A stretch of DNA of 57,932 bases from Thermotogota bacterium. GTDB lineage: Bacteria; Bipolaricaulota; Bipolaricaulia; UBA7950; UBA9294. The stretch is taken from contig JBDKUT010000008.1 in assembly GCA_039679545.1 (NCBI GenBank), positions 1-57,932 on the forward strand, written 5' to 3'. The position numbers and the translations under genes were made by a program. Under the pieces are notes generated by a model that saw only the letters and a list, made by a program, of their open reading frames with translations, was not told where the DNA came from and ran no database searches. This document shows, one piece after another, positions 51,610 through 57,932 of the stretch; position 1 is the first letter of the stretch, and every line of letters starts with the position of its first letter.

Positions 51610-52289
51610 GGGGGGCTCGCCTCTTACTGGATGGGGTGGAGGGCGCGCTCGTCCGGCTGTTGTGCCGGGTCGATGACACCGAACTCGCGAAGGTCCCGCT
51701 GCACGGGCCGCTGATCCTCGTGTCGAACCACATCAACTTCCTCGAGATCCCCGTGCTGCATTCACGCCTTCGACCCCGCGAGGTTGTGGGGTTGGCCAAG
51801 GCGGAGTCCTGGGACAACCCGCTTCTCGGCTGGTTGTTCAGCCGCTGGGGTGCGATCCCCGTCCGGCGGGGCGAGGCGGACATCGCCGCGCTGCGCGCCA
51901 GTCTGGACGTTCTGCGCCGGGGAGGCATCCTCGTCGTCGGTCCGGAAGGAACGCGGAGTCGCGACGGGCGGCTCCGGCGGGGACATCCGGGGGTGGTCAC
52001 GCTGGCCGTAAAGAGCGGGGCGCCCGTTCTGCCGATGGTCTTCTACGGCGGAGAGAGGTTCGGCCATCAGGTCCGGCGCCTCTGCCGGACGCCGTTTCAC
52101 GTGGTCGTCGGAGAGCCGTTCCGCGTTGAGCCCAAAGCGCCGAGGCTTACCCACGAGGTCCGCCAAAACGTCGCCGACGAGATCATGTACCAGCTTGCGT
52201 CACTCCTACCGCCTGCGTATCGGGGCGTGTACGCGGATCTCCGCTCGGAGAGACCGGTCCACTTGCAGTTCGACCTGTCCCTCTCGTAG
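51606..52289 (+). CDS. Lysophospholipid acyltransferase (PlsC-like)
   Basis: SNHINFLE, PEGTRS. Confidence 0.9.
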   Translation: MRGARLLLDGVEGALVRLLCRVDDTELAKVPLHGPLILVSNHINFLEIPVLHSRLRPREVVGLAKAESWDNPLLGWLFSRWGAIPVRRGEADIAALRASLDVLRRGGILVVGPEGTRSRDGRLRRGHPGVVTLAVKSGAPVLPMVFYGGERFGHQVRRLCRTPFHVVVGEPFRVEPKAPRLTHEVRQNVADEIMYQLASLLPPAYRGVYADLRSERPVHLQFDLSLS

Positions 52290-52314
52290 CGGCTGGCCGC
52301 GCGTCGCGGCCCGG

Positions 52315-53580
52315 CTAGGCGTGTCGTGATTCGTCGGACGGGAGAGGCTCCGGGAGGACCGGGGCGTTCGCTGTCTCGGCCGTCCGCCGGAAGAAGACGT
52401 ACGTCAGCACGGTCGACGTCACGTAGAAGCCGGCCGTGATCAGGAAGAGGGGCGAGAACCCTGCAGCGACCTGGATGTGGCCGCTGATCCAAGACGACAG
52501 CGCCCACCCTGCGTTCCACGCGAGCATCATGAGGCTTGCCGTCAACGGCCGAAGCTCACCCGGGACAATCCCCATGATGTAGGCGGGGAGAAGCGGCGAG
52601 CTCATGTTCATGAGCGCCGTGCGAACGAGGTAACTTGTTGCCGAGACGCCGGCGTTCGGAACGAAGCCCATCGCGAGCAGGAAGGGGATCGACATCGCCT
52701 GTGTCAGCACGATGGCGCGGATCTTGCCCATCCGGGCGGCGGCAAGGGGCGCCAGGATGGCGGCGATACCCGTGAAAAGTGACGAGGCCGCGAAGACCGC
52801 TCCCAGGGCAGGATCAGGAAGGTTGAACCGCAGGCGATAGAAGACGTTGAGGAACGGCATGAGCATACCGGCGCCGAACGAGCCTGTGATCTCGACAGCG
52901 AGGATCTTCGCGAGCAGCGAGCGATGAACCTCGACGTCGCGGGCCCTGAGAGCCTCTCCGCGTGCGCCGTGAAGTCCGCGGAGTCGAGCGATGGGGTAGA
53001 GTGCGGCAAGCGTCAGCCCCATCGAGATGAGGAGAACGCCGCGGTAGGCCGAGAGGCCAGCCAAGAAGCCGGGAGCGATTGCGCGGAAGGCCAGGGGCAA
53101 GTACCCGCCGACAAGGTTGGCGAGCACGCCGGCGAACGTGCTGAACGCGAACTGAACTCCGAAGAGATGGGTCCTCGTCTTCTCCGTGCTGATGGCCACC
53201 ATCAAGGGTGAGGAGGCCACGGAGGTCAGTGCGGATCCGAAGCCGGAGAGGACGCACGCGGCGATCAGGACGCCTCGACTTGGGAGCACCGCACATCCTA
53301 GGAGGGCGACGGCGATCAGAAAGCAGCCGAGGAGGAGCCCGCGGCGGTACCCGAGGCGGGGAAGCACCATCCCGATCGGAATGGCGGCGATTGCGGTCAT
53401 CAGGGCCGGAAGGCTTGCGAGGAGGCCGATGAACGCCTGGTCGTAGTCGAGAGACAGGACGTAGAGGTTGAAGAACAGGTACTGAATGCCGCTCGTCACA
53501 CCGAGGAGAATGGTGGCGGTCAGGTAGACGCGCGCGTTGGCCGAGAACTCGCGAACTGCGTTGCGGTACTCCCGGAACAT
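52315..53580 (-). CDS. MFS transporter
   Basis: About 12 hydrophobic segments, RLGYRR and RMGKIR loop motifs. Confidence 0.9.
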   Translation of the reverse strand: MFREYRNAVREFSANARVYLTATILLGVTSGIQYLFFNLYVLSLDYDQAFIGLLASLPALMTAIAAIPIGMVLPRLGYRRGLLLGCFLIAVALLGCAVLPSRGVLIAACVLSGFGSALTSVASSPLMVAISTEKTRTHLFGVQFAFSTFAGVLANLVGGYLPLAFRAIAPGFLAGLSAYRGVLLISMGLTLAALYPIARLRGLHGARGEALRARDVEVHRSLLAKILAVEITGSFGAGMLMPFLNVFYRLRFNLPDPALGAVFAASSLFTGIAAILAPLAAARMGKIRAIVLTQAMSIPFLLAMGFVPNAGVSATSYLVRTALMNMSSPLLPAYIMGIVPGELRPLTASLMMLAWNAGWALSSWISGHIQVAAGFSPLFLITAGFYVTSTVLTYVFFRRTAETANAPVLPEPLPSDESRHA

Positions 53581-53599
53581 CCTTCCCCCTGAGCTTCGG

Positions 53600-55651
53600 T
53601 TACGACGCGATCAGACGGCGTGCGGTCTCGACGACGGCGTCGACAGTGAGGCCGAGCTTCTCGAACACCTCTCCCGCCGGCGCGCTGGCTCCGAAGCGAT
53701 CCACCCCGAGTGGGACGCCGTGATCCCCTACGTAGCGCTCCCAACCGAGGGTCCTTCCGGCTTCGACGGAGATCCGGGCCGGGACGGCGGAGGGGAGTAC
53801 CGACTCTCGGTACTCGTCGCTCTCTCGCTCGAACAGCTCCCAGCTTGGCATGGACACGACACGCACGCGCGCTCCGTCGGCAGCGAGCGTCTTGGCGGCG
53901 CTCATGGCGAGCGACACCTCCGATCCCGTCGCCACGAGAATCAGCTGAGGAGACGGAGCGGAATCCCAAAGGACGTACGCGCCGCGGCGCACGCTGGCGG
54001 CCTCCGTCTTGGAGCGGTCAAGCGTAGGCAGGTTCTGGCGCGTCAGCACGAGGATTGTTGGACCGTCGCGGCGCTCGAGGGCGACGCGCCATGCCTGTGT
54101 CGTCTCGTTCGCATCGGCCGGGCGCAACACGACAAGGTCCGGGATCAGGCGGAGGCTCATCAGCTGCTCCACCGGCTGGTGCGTTGGGCCGTCCTCTCCG
54201 ACGCCGATGCTGTCGTGCGTGAAGACGAAGACGGTCGGGTAGCGGGACAGCGCGGCGAGGCGGATCGGCGCCCGCATGTAGTCGGCGAACGCAAGGAATG
54301 TGGCGGTGTAGGGGATGAGGCCACCATGCTGTGCAATTCCGTTCGCGATGGCACCCATGGCGTGTTCGCGAACGCCGAAGTGGAGGTTGCGGCCGGCGTA
54401 GGACCAGGACGGTCCCACGGCGCCCTGCGCGGCAGCGGGCCGCGGATCGGACTCGAAGTCGCCGGCGGTGCGGAGCCAGGTGAGCGTCGACGGGTTGAGG
54501 TCGGCGGAGCCACCGATGAGCTCGGGGAGCATGGGAGCCACGGCCTGCAAGACCGTTTCGGACGCCTTCCGCGTCGCGAGTCCCTTGGCGTCGGCCGGGA
54601 ATGCAGGCAGGGCGCTGTCCCACGCGGACGGTAGCTCACCGTTCATCCTTCGCACGAACTCTGCCGCGAGGTCGGGAAACGCGCCACGGTACGCCTTGAA
54701 CGTCCGAGTCCACTCGACGTGGGCCGCGGCCGCGCGGCGCGTGAGCGACGCGGCGTAGGCACGCACATCGTCGGGAACGTAGAACGGCGGAGTGTCCGGC
54801 CATCCGAGCGCGGCCTTGGCCTTGCGCGTCTCTTCCGCGCCGAGCGGCGAGCCGTGGGCTCCGTGCGTGTTCTGTTTGGTCGGAGCGCCGTATCCAATGA
54901 CGGTCTTGACCTCAATCAGCGTCGGTCGCTCGCTCTCCGCCTCGGCGGCCGCGATGGCGCGGTCGAGGGCCTCGAGATCGTTCCCGTCAGTGACCCGCTC
55001 GACGCGCCACCCTGCGGCCTGGAAGCGTCCCGCGACATTCTCCGACGTTGAGAGCGACGTCGAGCCGGCAAGGCAGATATCGTTCGAGTCGTAGAGAACG
55101 ACGAGCCGACTGAGGCGCAGGTGGCCGGCAAGAGCGGCGGCCTCGTACGAGATCCCCTCCATCAGATCGCCGTCGCCAACCAGGGCGAACGTCCTGTGAT
55201 CGACAATGGAGTAGCCGGGCCGGTTGAAGACGACGGCGAGATGCCGCTCGGCGATGGCGAGGCCGACGGCGTTCGCGATTCCCTGGCCGAGCGGTCCGGT
55301 CGTGACCTCGACTCCGGGCGTGAGCCCGCTCTCCGGATGGCCCGGGGTCCGGCTCCCCCATTGGCGGAACTGCTCGAGATCGGTAAGCGGCAGGTCGTAG
55401 CCGAACAGGTGAAGAAGCGAGTACAGAAGAGCGGAGCCATGGCCGGCGGAGAGGACGAACCGATCCCGGTCGTGCCATGCGGGATCGGCGGGGTCGTACC
55501 GCAGGTGTCGCGACCAAAGAGCGTACGCCATCGGCGCGGCTCCAAGGGGAAGCCCGGGATGGCCGGAGTTGGCCTTCTCGATGGCGTCAACCGATAGGAA
55601 CCGCAGCGCGTTCACGCAGCGTCCGTCGAGCGTTCGTTCCTGGATCATCAT
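53600..55651 (-). CDS. tkt: Transketolase
   Basis: [41 protein letters not shown]. Confidence 0.97.
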   Translation of the reverse strand: MMIQERTLDGRCVNALRFLSVDAIEKANSGHPGLPLGAAPMAYALWSRHLRYDPADPAWHDRDRFVLSAGHGSALLYSLLHLFGYDLPLTDLEQFRQWGSRTPGHPESGLTPGVEVTTGPLGQGIANAVGLAIAERHLAVVFNRPGYSIVDHRTFALVGDGDLMEGISYEAAALAGHLRLSRLVVLYDSNDICLAGSTSLSTSENVAGRFQAAGWRVERVTDGNDLEALDRAIAAAEAESERPTLIEVKTVIGYGAPTKQNTHGAHGSPLGAEETRKAKAALGWPDTPPFYVPDDVRAYAASLTRRAAAAHVEWTRTFKAYRGAFPDLAAEFVRRMNGELPSAWDSALPAFPADAKGLATRKASETVLQAVAPMLPELIGGSADLNPSTLTWLRTAGDFESDPRPAAAQGAVGPSWSYAGRNLHFGVREHAMGAIANGIAQHGGLIPYTATFLAFADYMRAPIRLAALSRYPTVFVFTHDSIGVGEDGPTHQPVEQLMSLRLIPDLVVLRPADANETTQAWRVALERRDGPTILVLTRQNLPTLDRSKTEAASVRRGAYVLWDSAPSPQLILVATGSEVSLAMSAAKTLAADGARVRVVSMPSWELFERESDEYRESVLPSAVPARISVEAGRTLGWERYVGDHGVPLGVDRFGASAPAGEVFEKLGLTVDAVVETARRLIAS

Positions 55652-55814
55652 CCCTCGCTTCTCGGACCCCATCGCGCTTCAGGGCTGGCGAGACTTTCGC
55701 CTACGGGGGAGGGGGGTGTCAAGCGAGCCTATCCCTCTTGCCGAGGGTTCTCTTTCCAGTAGACTTGCGCCGGAGTCAGCCGACCGCAGCATAGGATCTA
55801 GGGGAGGTGTGCTG

Positions 55815-56822
55815 ATGCCCTTTCGTGGAGGAGTCGCGCTCCGAGAGGCGTACCGACGTGCGGAAGCTCGTGGCTACGCCTTCATGGCCAACAACATCGC
55901 CGAACCCAATACCCTGATTGGGTTGCTCGACGCGTACGCCGCGGCCAGGTCCGACCTGCTTGTGCAGGTGAGTCCCGGAGCCGTGAAGTTCGCGGGTGCC
56001 GGGGACAAGATTACCGGGCTCAAGGCCCTCGCGGGTCTTGTGAGAACACTTGCCGCGCCGCGGCCGATCGCTGTCTTTGTCAACCTGGACCACTTCACGG
56101 TAGGAGAGATGGACCTGATTGACTTGGCGATCCGCGAGCGGTTGGCGTCGTCGATCATGATCGACGCGTCGAAGGAGAGCTTCGACGAGAACGTGCGGAT
56201 CAGTCGAGACGTCGCCCGACGGGCCGAGGGGAGCGGGATCCTCGTGGAGGCGGAGCTCGGCAAGATCCGCGGCGTCGAAGACGAGATCGCGTCCAGCGAC
56301 GCCTTCTACACGAACCCCGATGAGGCGGTCGAGTTCGTTCGCGCGAGCGGCGCCGACCTCCTGGCGATCTCGATCGGCACGGAGCACGGCGTCTCGAAGG
56401 GAAAGGACATCAAGCTGCGTCTCGACCTTGCGAAGGAGATCCAGGCGAAGTTGGCCAAGGCGAAGCTCTCGACGCCCCTCGTCCTGCACGGCTCGTCGGG
56501 ACTTCTCCCGAATCAGGTGCGCGCGGTGATCCAGTACGGGATTCGGAAGCTGAACAAGGACACACATTACCAGTACGTGTACGCGCGGACCGCGTGTGAG
56601 TTCTACCAAGATCACGTTGCGGACATTGTTCCTCCGGAGGGAACGGACGATGACGTCGTGAACCTGTTCCCCGGGGGGACGTGGAGCCCCAACAAGAAGG
56701 TCTTCGACCCCCGTGTGGTGGGGAAGGTCGTCCAGGATGGGATCCGAGGGATTGCGCTCGCCCTGCTCGAACAGGCGGGCAGCGGCGGACAGACGCTGGG
56801 TGACGAGGAGGATTCGCAATGA
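55815..56822 (+). CDS. fba: Class II fructose-bisphosphate aldolase
   Basis: NLDH, EAELG, IGTEHG, VLHGSSG. Confidence 0.9.
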   Translation: MPFRGGVALREAYRRAEARGYAFMANNIAEPNTLIGLLDAYAAARSDLLVQVSPGAVKFAGAGDKITGLKALAGLVRTLAAPRPIAVFVNLDHFTVGEMDLIDLAIRERLASSIMIDASKESFDENVRISRDVARRAEGSGILVEAELGKIRGVEDEIASSDAFYTNPDEAVEFVRASGADLLAISIGTEHGVSKGKDIKLRLDLAKEIQAKLAKAKLSTPLVLHGSSGLLPNQVRAVIQYGIRKLNKDTHYQYVYARTACEFYQDHVADIVPPEGTDDDVVNLFPGGTWSPNKKVFDPRVVGKVVQDGIRGIALALLEQAGSGGQTLGDEEDSQ

Positions 56823-57847
56823 TGCGGGCTGGAGTTCTCACGGGAGGCGGAGATTCTCCGGGGATCAACGCGGCGCTTCGGTCGATCGTGCGGTTTGGGG
56901 CGAAGCACGGGGTCGAGGTCGTTGGATTTCTCGAAGGATGGCGAGGTCCGTTGGAGAACCTCGTCCAGCCGCTCTCCATGGCGGACGTGTCGGGGATCCT
57001 GCAGGTCGGCGGGACGATCCTCGGAACGTCGCGGACGAACCCGTTCCGCATTGACGGCGGTGTCGAACGGGTGCTCGACAACCTGAAGCGGAACAAGCTG
57101 GACTTCCTGATCGCCATCGGCGGCGACGACACGATGGGCGTCGCCCACCGCCTGGCGGGGAAGGGCCTGAACGTCGTCGGCATCCCTCAGACGATCGACA
57201 ACGATATCGCGATGACCGACTACTCCCTTGGGTTCTGCTCTGCGCTGGGGGCTGTGACCGATGCGATGGACCGACTTCACACGACGGCCGCGTCGCACAA
57301 CCGCGTGCTCATCCTGGAGGTCATGGGCCGCGATGCGGGCTGGCTCAGCCTTATGGGCGGAGTCGCCGGCGGAGCAGACGTGATCCTCGTCCCGGAGCAG
57401 CGGTTCTGTGTGGACGCGATCTACCGCCGGATTCAGCAGCGGGAGGCGCAGAAGAAGCACTTCAGCATCGTCATCGTCGCCGAAGGATCGAGGCCGGAGG
57501 GGAGTGACAACCAGGTTGTCGCGGAGGCGGAGGTCGACGCGTTCGGCCACGTCAGGCTCGGAGGCATCGGACAGTACTTGGCGAACGAGCTGTCGGACCG
57601 GCTGCACGTGCCGGTGCGCGTGACGAATCTGGCGTACCTGCAGCGGGGCGGGAGCCCGGCGCCGTTCGACCGCATCCTTGCAACACGGTTCGGTGCCGCG
57701 GCGATTGAGTTCGCCTTGGAGCGGAAGTTCGATGTGATGACAGCGCTCCAAGGGATTCGCATTGTGCCCGTGCCGCTCGGCGAAGCACTCGCGAAGCCGC
57801 GGCCGATCGAGGACTGGCTTTTCTACCTCATCGATCTCTTCGAGTAA
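56819..57847 (+). CDS. pfkA: Phosphofructokinase (PfkA family)
   Basis: TGGGDSPG, GGDDT, TIDND, EVMGR, QRGG. Confidence 0.95.
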   Translation: MMRAGVLTGGGDSPGINAALRSIVRFGAKHGVEVVGFLEGWRGPLENLVQPLSMADVSGILQVGGTILGTSRTNPFRIDGGVERVLDNLKRNKLDFLIAIGGDDTMGVAHRLAGKGLNVVGIPQTIDNDIAMTDYSLGFCSALGAVTDAMDRLHTTAASHNRVLILEVMGRDAGWLSLMGGVAGGADVILVPEQRFCVDAIYRRIQQREAQKKHFSIVIVAEGSRPEGSDNQVVAEAEVDAFGHVRLGGIGQYLANELSDRLHVPVRVTNLAYLQRGGSPAPFDRILATRFGAAAIEFALERKFDVMTALQGIRIVPVPLGEALAKPRPIEDWLFYLIDLFE

Positions 57848-57932
57848 CAGGGACCCGTCCCTAGCGGCGAGCGGGTTTGTCTCCGGGCGAGACGGCGTTG
57901 TAGCCGCCGTCGAGAGCTTGGTTGTTCATCGG

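Overview
High-GC bacterial chromosomal window. The lineage is uncertain; gene content and a divergent, unlinked rRNA suggest a deep-branching group such as Ca. Bipolaricaulota (inference only). Core genes: ndk (partial), valS, folC, uppS, cdsA; an Fe-S module (iscS, iscU, Rrf2 regulator) with rubredoxin; an operon of an XRE-HTH protein, an unusually short SMC, scpA and scpB; an aminotransferase; an atypical transketolase; a GNAT/ABC cluster; rsmA; a stand-alone 23S-5S rRNA unit with no adjacent 16S; ogt, amrA, an M20 peptidase, tRNA-Asn; lipid enzymes, MFS, tkt, fba and pfk. There are two accessory regions. (i) A 3.1-kb IS1595-family transporter element (13810-16948) with terminal inverted repeats (TIRs) and an 8-bp target-site duplication (TSD). 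It carries a proteasome-beta-like Ntn-hydrolase and is directly followed by a second left end. (ii) A ~11-kb island at tRNA-Asn with a large serine recombinase, a long structured leader, an Mrr-like nuclease, a small tyrosine recombinase, an IS3 remnant and many exported proteins. The most notable observations are the 846-aa SMC translationally coupled to an HTH protein bearing a QLSLF beta-clamp motif, the tandem IS1595 ends with protease-like cargo, and an apparent A2602U change in the 23S peptidyl-transferase centre. All calls are by eye; no searches were run.
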